Shown one piece after another: positions 1 through 10,200 of a stretch of 61,662 bases of DNA. The position numbers and the translations under genes were made by a program. Every line of letters starts with the position of its first letter. Position 1 is the first letter of the stretch. The notes below the pieces were generated by a model. The model was not told where the DNA came from and made no database searches. It saw nothing but the letters and a program-made list of their open reading frames with translations. Source of the stretch: an uncultured Candidatus Saccharibacteria bacterium (GTDB taxonomy: Bacteria; Patescibacteriota; Saccharimonadia; Saccharimonadales; JACDBH01); assembly GCA_964529785.1 (NCBI GenBank), contig CAZHAQ010000004.1, positions 1-61,662 of the forward strand, given 5' to 3'.

Positions 1-1675
1 ACAGTAGCCCGGATACAGTCAGCTGGGAGGAGGCTCCCTGGTAGCGGCCGCTGCCGTTGTTTCTAGCCCAGGCATTAATATGGCCGCCGCCAGTTGCCTG
101 GCAGTCAATGGTAGCTGGAACCGACGACTCGTCCAGTTCAGCCCGGGCTGCCCCGGTTACCACCTCGCCGCCGAAGAATTTGAGGTAGGGTTTGAAGGGT
201 ATAGTTACACAAGCGCCAGATGTTGGAGTGCTGCCTCTTTCCCTGTACTGAGTACCTCCAGGCTGATAGGTCGCTGCTGTAGGAGTGAAAGGAGCTACGA
301 AAGATTGGCCAGTTACCGGTCTAATATAAAGGTGGGCGCAAATTGTGTCCCCGGCGTCAAGTGCAGGTAAATCAAGCGGACCTGAATTCCATGTTCCTCC
401 AGCTGCGATTATTATTCTGGAACTCGTGCTCATACCAGTTTGAAGGACGCCGTTAACCCATACACGCCTATTTATTTCAACGCCCTGACCATCATTAAGC
501 TGTGAAGGGCCATCGCCAGTAGAATTATTAGCACTAAAGCTGACTGTACCATCATCTTCATTAATCACTGGCTCATCTGGATTAACGTTAAAATATGTTG
601 GTGGACGGTTAACGTTTATAGATGCTTGGCAGATTGCCCCAACATTATGATATCCAAGAGCTGGATGATGACCGTAAATATGATAGCGCCCGCTTGAGGC
701 TCCCATTGTACTAGGGGCAGTTAGGCCGCTTACTCTGAATGTTGTAGCTCTTCCTGGCTGTAGTACTCCTCCAAATGCTGGATTTACTCCAGACCCAGAA
801 ATATTGATTGCAGCCGGAGCCCAACCAGCAGATCCAGCTTGTCTTTGAAGACGGTAGCGTTCCGCAAGTCCTCCATAAACTGCCCAGTTTAAGCCATTTG
901 TCGTATTGTTATTGTTTCTAACTGTAAAATCTATAGAAAATGGCTCGTTTGGCGATTTATTAGTGCCGCCGACAATAGTAGCACTACAGCTGCCGCTATC
1001 TGTTGGGGGGATGACATTAACTCGAACAGGAATCGCAACTGTTGTAGCATTACATCTTGTAGCCCAATTGTCCATTGTTACTGCAGGGCTGCCAGGGGCA
1101 ACGCAAGCTACATTGTTATTTAGCCACCTATTTGCAAGTCTAGCTTGTATGCGGATTGTATGAACACCGCTCGTAGTAAAACCGCCAGCTGGTGAATACG
1201 TGAAGTTAACACTAGATCGCCTGAAGGTGCCGGCAGTATTTTGGCCTGGCCTAAAATCTATTCCACGTTGCGAGCCGACTGCTCCGGTAATAATACCTGC
1301 TGGTGTTGAGTTTGCGCCAATAATGCGGTAGTGTGCTTCAACAATTGGATTTGTAGCACTTTGTGGCCAGCCTATTGCCGCTGCTTCATGAAATTGCAGA
1401 TTAACAGTAGTCGTACCATAAGGCACATTTACTGTTGTTACAGTTGGCTGTCCGGCTAAGGATATCCATCGTGTGAATGCTGGAGTTTGGCCGTAGGAAT
1501 CTGCATTACGCAGATAATTTAATTCTGCTGTCGGCACTGTGCCAGCAGGGTTAGGATTTAAATTCAAAATAGCTTCTGCTTGTCCTGGCAGGAATGCCAT
1601 AAACCCAAATAAAAATAAGGTTGAATAAGCTGCTAGCTTAATGAATTGTATATTTTTAATTTTTATATTGCCCAT
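1..1675 (-). CDS. Large secreted/surface protein with Ig-like beta domains; 3' end runs off the window
   Basis: Absent from the ORF track because there is no stop in the window. Hand translation from ATG 1675 is open for 558 codons to the edge: MGNIKIKNIQFIKLAAYSTLFLFGFMAFLPGQAEA (signal peptide, AEA site), Thr/Gly/Asn/Pro-rich, scattered Cys, late motif KPYLKFFGGEVVTG. Confidence 0.85.
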   Translation of the reverse strand, partial: MGNIKIKNIQFIKLAAYSTLFLFGFMAFLPGQAEAILNLNPNPAGTVPTAELNYLRNADSYGQTPAFTRWISLAGQPTVTTVNVPYGTTTVNLQFHEAAAIGWPQSATNPIVEAHYRIIGANSTPAGIITGAVGSQRGIDFRPGQNTAGTFRRSSVNFTYSPAGGFTTSGVHTIRIQARLANRWLNNNVACVAPGSPAVTMDNWATRCNATTVAIPVRVNVIPPTDSGSCSATIVGGTNKSPNEPFSIDFTVRNNNNTTNGLNWAVYGGLAERYRLQRQAGSAGWAPAAINISGSGVNPAFGGVLQPGRATTFRVSGLTAPSTMGASSGRYHIYGHHPALGYHNVGAICQASINVNRPPTYFNVNPDEPVINEDDGTVSFSANNSTGDGPSQLNDGQGVEINRRVWVNGVLQTGMSTSSRIIIAAGGTWNSGPLDLPALDAGDTICAHLYIRPVTGQSFVAPFTPTAATYQPGGTQYRERGSTPTSGACVTIPFKPYLKFFGGEVVTGAARAELDESSVPATIDCQATGGGHINAWARNNGSGRYQGASSQLTVSGLL

Positions 1676-1676
1676 A

Positions 1677-2306
1677 TTACTCCCTTATTGATCCACCTAA
1701 ATATGAACGCTGTTCTACATCAGAAACCCTGGAGTTTAGAAAGTCTATATCTTCTTTTATTGCTTGTGGAGTGCGTGCGACTGATAGAAGGTCTTCGGCA
1801 TAGCCAGCTTCAATATTGAATTTTGCGCTCAGTAAATCGTGTTGTGTTTGAGCATTAGCGGCATCATCTAGGAGAATATAAGTCTGAGTAGTAATGAATA
1901 AACAGTTGGGGTCGTTTTCAAAATCCTCTTTCTGCATTACCATATCTTTAATACTTGCCATATTGCTGATGTCATTATTATTAAAGGCATTACTGTAATT
2001 TTTTAATAATTCTGTGTCGCTACTACAGGCATCGGTAGCTGCTACTTTTTCAACAGGTTCTTCTCTAGCCGCGACCCAAATTATAAGTGCCGCTGTAATA
2101 AGCAGAACTACAAAAAGCGCAATAATTATTATTTTAGTCTTCGGACTTAAATCTTTAACCTTTTTAATTATTGTAGATACATTAGGTTTTGGTTTTTGAA
2201 CTTGCCCACTGTTAGCAGGTAATACTTTTCCTGATTTTTCCTCTATTTTATTGCGGTCAGTAGGGCTTACAACTGCCGGACTTTCCTTATCACCTTCTAT
2301 AGCCAC
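1677..2306 (-). CDS. Single-pass membrane hypothetical protein
   Basis: GTG start with GGAGG RBS; one TM helix (IIIIALFVVLLITAALIIWVAA); helical C-terminal domain; stop abuts the start of the large surface protein gene. Confidence 0.8.
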   Translation of the reverse strand: MAIEGDKESPAVVSPTDRNKIEEKSGKVLPANSGQVQKPKPNVSTIIKKVKDLSPKTKIIIIALFVVLLITAALIIWVAAREEPVEKVAATDACSSDTELLKNYSNAFNNNDISNMASIKDMVMQKEDFENDPNCLFITTQTYILLDDAANAQTQHDLLSAKFNIEAGYAEDLLSVARTPQAIKEDIDFLNSRVSDVEQRSYLGGSIRE

Positions 2307-2385
2307 TAAAACCCTCCACGGATCATGACGCTTATGTATTTATAGTCAGTATAACAATATGTAGTCTATGTGCAAATAATTTTAT

Positions 2386-4413
2386 TTAATTTAATGTAAC
2401 GACAGCTTGTGCCTGCCTAATACGTTTATTTAAGAGGGGGAATCTTTTGATTTGATCAATGTCTGTAAACTTATTGACCGCTTTTTTGGCAGCTGCGATA
2501 AGCTTATGATCGGACAAATTTGCAAATTTTAAATCTAAAGCCCCATGCTGGAATGTTCCGTAGATTGCGCCAGGTCCTCGTAGCTCCATATCTAATTCAG
2601 CAAGCTTAAAGCCATCATTGATTTGCGAAAATGATTTAAGCCGCCGGCTAGGAGCCTTGCTGTCACTCGGCACGATATAGCAGTAAGCCTGATCGGAGCT
2701 TCTGCCAACTCTTCCTCTTAATTGGTGCAATTGTGCCAAGCCAAACCTGTCGGCGCCTTCTATCACCATAATAGTAGCGTTGGGTACATTTACGCCTACT
2801 TCTATAACGGTCGTTGATACAAGTATGTCTATATCACCTTCTACGAATTTCGCCATTATATTATTTTTATCTTCCGATTTCAGTTTTCCATGCAGCAGAG
2901 CTACATTTAAATCCTTAAATACGACTTCTTTTAACCTTTTATATGTTTGCTCTGCGCTAGTAGTTTGCAGTTTATTGTCTTCAGTTATTACTGGACATAC
3001 GACGTAAACTTGATGCTTTTTGCCTACCTCTGACCTTATATGGTCTTCCATTGACGTACGGCTATTGGGTGATATTATTTTTGTTTCTATCGGCTTTCTG
3101 CCAGGAGGCATTGAGTCAAGTAAAGATATATCCAGCTCCCCATAAAGGGTTAATGCTAAACTTCTTGGAATAGGGGTGGCCGTCATGCTTAGTACATGAG
3201 GTATTAAGCTATTCTGCCTAAGCAGCTTTTTGCGCTGCTCAACGCCAAACCGGTGCTGCTCGTCAACTATAACCAGTCCTAGCTTAGGTATATTAATATC
3301 CTGTAAAAGAGCATGGGTGCCAATAATAATACTGATATTTTTCTTTTCTAGATTCTGGTAAATCTGTTCTTTCTGTTTTTTAGAAAGGCTTCCTACTAAA
3401 AGACTTATCTCGCCGTCCATTTTTAATGGTTTAAGCAAATCAGCAACACTTTCAGCATGCTGTCTTGCCAGTAGCTCAGTAGGGGCAAGTAGAGCTGTCT
3501 GATAGCCGGCGCGACTTGCCATTATGGCCGCCATGGCTGCAACAACAGTCTTCCCTGACCCAACATCTCCTTCTAAAAGTCTGTTTGCAGGTTTAGTTTT
3601 CTGTATATCAGATAATATTTGCCACATTGCGGCCCGCTGGGCATCGGTTAACTCAAAAGGCAGGCTTTGGCTAAATTTTTTTGCTAGTGATTCATCAAAA
3701 CTTATTTTTGGTGAATTTTCACTGGATATTTCATTCTTTAGGATTTTTGATGCAAGCATAAGCTCAAAAATTTCAATAAATGACATTGAATATCTTGCTT
3801 TTTCTAATTTTTCAGTAGAATCCGGAAAGTGGAGCTGTTTTACAATCTGGCTGTAGCTTAACAGGTTGTTATTTTTTATAACTTCAGCTGGTAGAATCTC
3901 GCTTATATCGTCAACATGCTTAATGGCTTCAGCCATACTTTTTCTTATTAGCTTGGTAGTTAATTTTTTTGTCTGCTTATAGATGGGTACTATTCTGGCG
4001 GTATGCACGGGAAGTTCGCTCGCGAGCTCCATGCTGGGGCTGGTTATTGAGTAGCCTTGGGTATGAAACTCCAATTTTCCAGTTATGAAATACTTTTTGC
4101 CAGGCGCGATACTATCGGCACGATATGGCTGGTTGAACCAAACTAGCTTGACGCTTCCTGTCTCATCAGAGGCAATGGCTTCAGTAACGTGCATTCCCCG
4201 GCGGACATAGCGGCCTTTTGCCTGCTTAATAACTGCCTTGATTGTTACAGTGCCCGGTTTAACGGATTTTATAGTGCTTATTTCTGAATAGTCATCATAT
4301 CTTTTTGGGAAATAGTTTAAGAGATCTTCTATAGTTCTAATGCCAATATCAGCAAAGTTGCCGGCTATACTTGGTCCGACTCCCTTTAGTTCGGTAAGTT
4401 TAGCCTGAATCAT
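2386..4413 (-). CDS. recG: ATP-dependent DNA helicase RecG
   Basis: LKGVGP start, wedge/OB domain, GDVGSGKT, DEQHRFGV, MTATPIPRSL, QLHQLRGRVGR. Confidence 0.97.
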   Translation of the reverse strand: MIQAKLTELKGVGPSIAGNFADIGIRTIEDLLNYFPKRYDDYSEISTIKSVKPGTVTIKAVIKQAKGRYVRRGMHVTEAIASDETGSVKLVWFNQPYRADSIAPGKKYFITGKLEFHTQGYSITSPSMELASELPVHTARIVPIYKQTKKLTTKLIRKSMAEAIKHVDDISEILPAEVIKNNNLLSYSQIVKQLHFPDSTEKLEKARYSMSFIEIFELMLASKILKNEISSENSPKISFDESLAKKFSQSLPFELTDAQRAAMWQILSDIQKTKPANRLLEGDVGSGKTVVAAMAAIMASRAGYQTALLAPTELLARQHAESVADLLKPLKMDGEISLLVGSLSKKQKEQIYQNLEKKNISIIIGTHALLQDINIPKLGLVIVDEQHRFGVEQRKKLLRQNSLIPHVLSMTATPIPRSLALTLYGELDISLLDSMPPGRKPIETKIISPNSRTSMEDHIRSEVGKKHQVYVVCPVITEDNKLQTTSAEQTYKRLKEVVFKDLNVALLHGKLKSEDKNNIMAKFVEGDIDILVSTTVIEVGVNVPNATIMVIEGADRFGLAQLHQLRGRVGRSSDQAYCYIVPSDSKAPSRRLKSFSQINDGFKLAELDMELRGPGAIYGTFQHGALDLKFANLSDHKLIAAAKKAVNKFTDIDQIKRFPLLNKRIRQAQAVVTLN

Positions 4414-4485
4414 GCTGGCATTATATCAAAGGGCATCTGTTTTAAGGGGGTAACGATTAAGGAGACAAGTTATTTAATATAGTAA

Positions 4486-5328
4486 TTAGTCTTTTTCGGG
4501 CTTTCTGACTAAGAAGACTGTTGACGGACCAAAATATGTTTTAGCAAGGGTGCTTTGCATCAAGTTCTCTATTGCTAGAAGGCCACCATGGGGGATAACT
4601 TTTTTAAGGCGGGGACTACGAAGGTTAGAAACTGATAGTACTTTTTCCACTCTTAAGCCTGCATGGGCCAGTTGTTTGCGTACCGTATTAGGGTTGTGAT
4701 TAACGAATGGTATTTCATCATCAGTTCTATTCTCAGGAGACCGAATATCTATTGGTTCGGTAGGTAATTTTTTTCTTTTTAAAGTGTGTTTTACCCGGTT
4801 TTTAAAATTAGAGTAGTTTGCAAATTCAAAAAAGAAATAACCGCCAGGCTTTAGAATGCGAGCTATTTCAGCAAACTCTGCAGATGGATCAGGCAGGTGG
4901 TGCAACACTCTAACGACAGTGACTAGATCTATGCTGTTGTCTTTAAACTTAAGGTCGTCTGCTTGCAGTAATTTGCGTTCAACTGTTGGGTAATCTTTAA
5001 GATACTCTTCGGCTATATCCAGCTGCTGCTGGCTTGGTTCGGCTAATGTAACTTTATCGGCGTATTGGGTAAGTACTGCACTTAATCTGCCGTAACCGCC
5101 GCCGACATCTACGGCATGCTTAAACCGTCTGCCTTTAAGCATCTTGTCTAGTGCTATAACTTCTGCGGCATGCTCATAATCCCGGCCATTCCAATAATGA
5201 AGGTAGTTATGTTTTGGGTCGTTATACTGATCAGCTTTCTTTTTGTTAGTCTTGCTTGATGTTTTGATCTTGGCTTGTTTAGAACTGTTGGCAGCCTTAC
5301 TAGTCTTAGTTGTTTTATTATTGCTCAT
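4486..5328 (-). CDS. Class I SAM-dependent methyltransferase
   Basis: VDVGGGYGR motif I, VLHHL..P, ARILKPGG; Lys-rich N-terminal extension. Confidence 0.88.
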   Translation of the reverse strand: MSNNKTTKTSKAANSSKQAKIKTSSKTNKKKADQYNDPKHNYLHYWNGRDYEHAAEVIALDKMLKGRRFKHAVDVGGGYGRLSAVLTQYADKVTLAEPSQQQLDIAEEYLKDYPTVERKLLQADDLKFKDNSIDLVTVVRVLHHLPDPSAEFAEIARILKPGGYFFFEFANYSNFKNRVKHTLKRKKLPTEPIDIRSPENRTDDEIPFVNHNPNTVRKQLAHAGLRVEKVLSVSNLRSPRLKKVIPHGGLLAIENLMQSTLAKTYFGPSTVFLVRKPEKD

Positions 5329-5337
5329 AAGAATTAA

Positions 5338-5745
5338 TTATACCTTATTTATTACTTCAAATTCATCAAATCCTGTACTTTTATCTAATTTTCTTTTATA
5401 TTCCTTGTCCGTTTCTACAGCAATAATAACTTCGGCTGTCGTCTTGACGGTAGCTTTCCCCTTTAAATGACCTCCTAGCACTTGGCCAGTTGAATCAGAA
5501 ATAGAAATATGAAGATGTACGCCGTCCGGCGATAGAGTGCCAGTTAGAGATATTATTTCATAATCCCCGCTATAGCTTTGTATATTCTGGCGGCTTGGTT
5601 CGGCGCCGGCCATCCTTATTTCAATAAAGGACAGGCTGCCGACGCAGGTCAAAATTGAACCGGAAATATTCTGCTTGCTGGTTAAGGCGATTAGCTCTTG
5701 TTTTAAGTCTTGGCCGGGTTTTAGCCTAAACGCAATAGATCTCAT
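5338..5745 (-). CDS. PPC/DUF296 domain protein
   Basis: RLKPGQDL, EIISLTGTL, HLHISISD, GGHL motifs. Confidence 0.92.
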   Translation of the reverse strand: MRSIAFRLKPGQDLKQELIALTSKQNISGSILTCVGSLSFIEIRMAGAEPSRQNIQSYSGDYEIISLTGTLSPDGVHLHISISDSTGQVLGGHLKGKATVKTTAEVIIAVETDKEYKRKLDKSTGFDEFEVINKV

Positions 5746-6995
5746 TATTGTATTGCTACTACTGCTTGGCTGTTCTTGCCGCGTCGTAAAATAGCATGAC
5801 CACTGATAGCGTCTTCCGGATTAAGGTTGGTCTTAAGTTTGTCTATTTGGATACCGTTAATGTAGATGGCGCCACCTTCAATAAACCTTCTGGCTTCGCC
5901 GTTACTGCTTGCAAGCCCGCTATTTACGATCAGTTCAATAGTAGTAGTTTCATTAGATTTAGCCGTTACGGACGGCAGCTCTTTTTTTAGCTCTTCAAAG
6001 TCAGCTTCAGTGAGCTCTTGGTAGCTACCGCTGCCAAACAGTACTTCACTTATACGCTTGACTGAATCTGCCCGCTCTTGGCCATGAACAATACTGGTGA
6101 CTTCATAGGCTAGTCTTTTTTGAGCTATGCGACTGGCTTTATCCTGGCTGAACTCTTCTTCAATAGAAATAATTTCATCTTTAGGTAATAACGTAAATAT
6201 TTTTAAATAATCTATCGCTCCTTCATCGTCGCAGTTAAGCCAAAACTGGTAGAACTTGTATACGCTGGTCTTGTTATCATCAAGCCAAACTGCTCCGTCT
6301 TCAGACTTACCGAATTTTACACCTGTGGTTTTATTGACTACCAGGGGAGCAGTCCATACATTAGCCTCGCCGCCGGCAACTCTTCGAATTAGCTCAACCC
6401 CGGCAATTGAATTACCCCACTGATCGGCGCCGCTTAACTGCAGTGTAGCTCCCTTTTCCCGATAAAGATGTAGAAAGTCGTAGCCTTGAATAAGGGAGTA
6501 GCTAAACTCGGCATAGCTAATGCCTGCTCCGTCTTCGCTAAGCCTGGCCTGCACGAAGTCTCGGCCTAGCATCATGCGCATTGGCATATGTTTGCCGATA
6601 TTTCTTAGAAAATCCAGGTAATTAATATCTTTAAACCAGTCGTAATTATCTACGATTTCAAAATCCTGGCCGGCAAAAACTCTTTTATATTGTTTTGCAA
6701 TCGCTTCTTTATTAGCCTTAATTTCCTCTATAGACTTCAGGTCGCGCTCCTGCTTCTTACCGTCAGGATCTCCAATCATACCGGTTGCGCCGCCTACAAG
6801 TAGTATGGCTTTATGCCCATGATCGATAAAATGCCTAACCATCATTGCAGAGGCGAGATTGCCGATTTGCATAGAGTCAGCAGAGGGATCAACGCCAAAA
6901 TAGAACGTGATCTGATTATTATCAATTTCAGTTAGGTTTTTATAGGTAGTCTGATTAACAAAACCCCGCCAGCTAAGCTCTTCCGATAAAGTCAT
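5745..6995 (-). CDS. tyrS: Tyrosine--tRNA ligase
   Basis: GVDPSADSMQIGN (HIGH variant), GGATGMIGDP, GADQWGN, KFGKS, C-terminal S4 domain. Confidence 0.97.
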   Translation of the reverse strand: MTLSEELSWRGFVNQTTYKNLTEIDNNQITFYFGVDPSADSMQIGNLASAMMVRHFIDHGHKAILLVGGATGMIGDPDGKKQERDLKSIEEIKANKEAIAKQYKRVFAGQDFEIVDNYDWFKDINYLDFLRNIGKHMPMRMMLGRDFVQARLSEDGAGISYAEFSYSLIQGYDFLHLYREKGATLQLSGADQWGNSIAGVELIRRVAGGEANVWTAPLVVNKTTGVKFGKSEDGAVWLDDNKTSVYKFYQFWLNCDDEGAIDYLKIFTLLPKDEIISIEEEFSQDKASRIAQKRLAYEVTSIVHGQERADSVKRISEVLFGSGSYQELTEADFEELKKELPSVTAKSNETTTIELIVNSGLASSNGEARRFIEGGAIYINGIQIDKLKTNLNPEDAISGHAILRRGKNSQAVVAIQ

Positions 6996-7150
6996 ATAAT
7001 ATTTCTAAGCTTCCTCTTAGTTTTTTAATAGTAGTATCTTTAATATGCAACAATTAAAATCGTACATTAGGTGTTAAAAATACGCAAAAAACTATTAGTT
7101 ATATATAAGCATTTTGTTATAATTATCTTCAAGCAAGGAGTATATTCTGC

Positions 7151-10100
7151 ATGGCAGTAAAAAAGAGCTCTGGGAGTAATAGACCCAGAAAAAGCAACAA
7201 CGTTCATGTAACAAAAAGCGGCAAAACAATAAAATTGCATACCTCTCTTTCTGACCGAGTTAAAGCTAATCGTAATCATAAAGCGCTTAAGAAAGCTGAA
7301 AGACTCCAAGGCATGCCCAAAAGCCGTGTTCAACGCTTCTTTTACCGCATGCACCCTAAACGCCTGAAAGATTACTGGTTCAGCCGAGAAGGCGGAGTAA
7401 TGGCTCTGAAAATCGTTGGGATTGGATTAATCGCCAGTTTTATACTGCTAATTGGTGTATTTGCATATTTCAGAAAAGACCTTCCTAACCTTAGAGATAT
7501 ATCGGGCAACAACATTGGCGGCTCTATCCGCTACTATGACCGAACAGGAGAAACGCTGCTTTGGGAAGATTATGATGCTGTCAAAAGAATCCCAGTAAAG
7601 GGCGAACTTATTGCTGATCATCTAAAAGAAGCTACAATTGCTTTAGAGGACCGGGACTTTTACAAGCACGGCGGATTCGATATGAAAGGTATTAGCCGAG
7701 CGGCTTGGGCTAACATTACCGGCGGTTCTACTAGCCAGGGTGGTTCCACTATAACCCAGCAGCTAGTTAAGCTTAGCCAGGATTGGAGTTCTGATCGTTC
7801 ATACACAAGAAAAGTCAAAGAACTTATTTTATCTATCGAACTTGAGCGAAGCTATAGCAAGGATGAAATTCTAGCTGGTTATCTTAATACGGCTCCCTAT
7901 GGAAACATTCAGTACGGAGCAGAAGTTGCCGCCCAGGATTACTTTCATAAATCCGCTAAAGATTTAACTTTGACTGAGTCTGTTTTTCTGGCTTCCATAC
8001 CACAGTCACCGTCTTTCTATTCGCCTTACGGAGCATTCTTTAACGACGTAAACTCTAGAGGAGAGACAGGTAGAGAGGCTTTAATCGGCCGCATGCACTA
8101 CACACTCGATGTTATGCATGAAATGAACTTTATAACAAAGGAAGAAAGAGATAACGCTAAAAAGGACGATGTGCTTGCTACCGTTAAGAAACCTGAGAGT
8201 AAATACAATAATATAAAAGCTCCATATTTTGCACTTGCCGCTAAGGAAGAGCTTGAACAGAAGTATAGCGCTGAAACAGTCAACCGCAGTGGCTGGAAAG
8301 TAACAACAACTATCGATCTAGGCCTGCAGCAAATTGCCGAAGAAGAAGTTACAAGCGGCGTCAGACAGGTTATTAAGCAGGGCGGAAATGTTGCTGCATT
8401 TACGGCTGAAGATGTAGAAACCGGCCAAATAGTAGCGATGGTTGGAGGTCCTGACTTTTCTAATTCTGAATACGGACAAAACAATTATGCCCGCACTCCA
8501 TTGCCGCCAGGATCCAGCTTTAAGCCTTATGATTACGCTGCATTAATGGAAGCGACGGAAAATGTAGGGGCCGGCACGGTACTTTACGATACTCAGGCGC
8601 CGTTGCCTGGTTATCCATGTACTAACAAGGCCAGACCTAAAAATGGCGGTAACTGTTTGCATGATTACGATTTCAACTTCCCAGGTCCAGTTACGCTCCG
8701 CTATGCACTGGGAGGATCTAGGAACGTGCCTGCTGTCAAGGCAATGCTGATTGCCGGCGTAGACAAAACCATAGAAACAGCCGAGAACTTAATGAACGCC
8801 AGCAACCCAAATAGTTTTGGTTATAACTGTTATGCTCCTGAAACTGTAGACTTCTCGGCCGCCAATGAAGAGCAATGTTATGCTTCCTCAGCCATTGGTG
8901 ATGGTGCCTACCTAAAGATGGATGAACATGTTCACGGTCTTGGCACATTGTCGCGAAACGGTTTAAGTATCCCTCGTACATATATCCTAAAAATTCAAGA
9001 TGCTGCTGAGAAAACTACCTATGAGTGGAAGCTGGAAGGTGGAAAGCAAGTAATTAGAGAGGACACGGCCTATATCATAAGTGATATGCTAGCCGATCCA
9101 AGGGCGAGCTATATGTCTACTAAGATTCACTCTATGCCGGGTAAGGGCGGCAACTGGCGTCTAGCTGTCAAAACTGGTACGACTAACGACGCTAAGGATG
9201 GTTGGATGACTGGCTATTCTCCTAAATATGCTGCAGCAGTCTGGGTTGGATATCATAACCGCACCAAAGAAATGGGCGGCTTTATGGAAAGTATGACCAG
9301 GCCTATATTCTATAACTGGATGAAGCGGGCTCATAAGGATTTGGAGCCTAAGGACTGGAACAAGCCAAGCGGAATTCAGACGCTACCAGCCTATGTGATA
9401 AGAAATCATGTTGGAACCGGCTCTCAAGAACCAAGTCCAAGTACTGATCTTTACCCTTCTTGGTACAAAAAACAGACCGGGCAAAACAAGAATCGTACCA
9501 TAGATATAGTTTCAGGTAAGCTGGCTACTGAATGTACTCCTGAAAGAGCTAAGAAAAATGAGTCAGGAGGTACTGCCTCCCAGCATAGCGGTGACACATT
9601 TGTGGATGCTGCAAGCGGCGGCAATACTGACGAGAAAGACGATGTGCACAAGTGTAGTGATGTTAAGCCTTCAATTACAGTTACCAGGTCCTTGGGGTCT
9701 GCCGGGCAATACAGTATCAGCGCTAACGTAACTGGCGGCACTCACCCACTTAGCGGAAATCCTGAAAAGGGCGGCGGTAAAATTGAGTTTATGGTTGGAG
9801 ACCAGGTAATCGGATCACAGGATATATCCGGTCCAGGTTTATACACTGCTGGCTATTCACCAACTAGCGGCGGAAATCAGACAGTTACTGCAAGGGTAAT
9901 AGATAGCGTATTATATGAGGCTGTCTCTAATCCTGTGACGCTTAATGTCATCACACTGAATTACTCTGCAAATGGAAATGTAAATTTCAACTGGTCCAAC
10001 CACAACGGCTCTATTACCATCTTTGGTTCAGGTGGCAGCATTTGTTCGGGTAACTCTTGTAACAGTGTTAACAAATCGCAGGTGCCTTCGGGATCCAGAG

Positions 10101-10153
10101 TCTATGCCCGGGATGGCGACGACGTCTCACCAACTTTGACAGTTAGCTATTAA
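7151..10153 (+). CDS. Class A penicillin-binding protein (transglycosylase/transpeptidase) with C-terminal Ig-like extension
   Basis: EDRDFYKHGG, GGSTITQQLVK, RKVKE; transpeptidase motifs SSFK, SRN, KTGT; N-terminal TM. Confidence 0.95.
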   Translation: MAVKKSSGSNRPRKSNNVHVTKSGKTIKLHTSLSDRVKANRNHKALKKAERLQGMPKSRVQRFFYRMHPKRLKDYWFSREGGVMALKIVGIGLIASFILLIGVFAYFRKDLPNLRDISGNNIGGSIRYYDRTGETLLWEDYDAVKRIPVKGELIADHLKEATIALEDRDFYKHGGFDMKGISRAAWANITGGSTSQGGSTITQQLVKLSQDWSSDRSYTRKVKELILSIELERSYSKDEILAGYLNTAPYGNIQYGAEVAAQDYFHKSAKDLTLTESVFLASIPQSPSFYSPYGAFFNDVNSRGETGREALIGRMHYTLDVMHEMNFITKEERDNAKKDDVLATVKKPESKYNNIKAPYFALAAKEELEQKYSAETVNRSGWKVTTTIDLGLQQIAEEEVTSGVRQVIKQGGNVAAFTAEDVETGQIVAMVGGPDFSNSEYGQNNYARTPLPPGSSFKPYDYAALMEATENVGAGTVLYDTQAPLPGYPCTNKARPKNGGNCLHDYDFNFPGPVTLRYALGGSRNVPAVKAMLIAGVDKTIETAENLMNASNPNSFGYNCYAPETVDFSAANEEQCYASSAIGDGAYLKMDEHVHGLGTLSRNGLSIPRTYILKIQDAAEKTTYEWKLEGGKQVIREDTAYIISDMLADPRASYMSTKIHSMPGKGGNWRLAVKTGTTNDAKDGWMTGYSPKYAAAVWVGYHNRTKEMGGFMESMTRPIFYNWMKRAHKDLEPKDWNKPSGIQTLPAYVIRNHVGTGSQEPSPSTDLYPSWYKKQTGQNKNRTIDIVSGKLATECTPERAKKNESGGTASQHSGDTFVDAASGGNTDEKDDVHKCSDVKPSITVTRSLGSAGQYSISANVTGGTHPLSGNPEKGGGKIEFMVGDQVIGSQDISGPGLYTAGYSPTSGGNQTVTARVIDSVLYEAVSNPVTLNVITLNYSANGNVNFNWSNHNGSITIFGSGGSICSGNSCNSVNKSQVPSGSRVYARDGDDVSPTLTVSY

Positions 10154-10166
10154 GGCCTGTTTAATA

Positions 10167-10200
10167 AAATAAGGAGCAGATTATTGCCTGCTCCTTATTT
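10167..10200. terminator. Hairpin between convergent pbp and radA, probable bidirectional terminator
   Basis: aaataaggagcag / ctgctccttattt 13-bp inverted repeat. Confidence 0.65.

Noticed and set aside
80-1163. Plus-strand ORFs 80-370 and 906-1163, and the many other short antisense ORFs in the track
   Set aside because: They are shadows of longer, well-supported genes on the opposite strand
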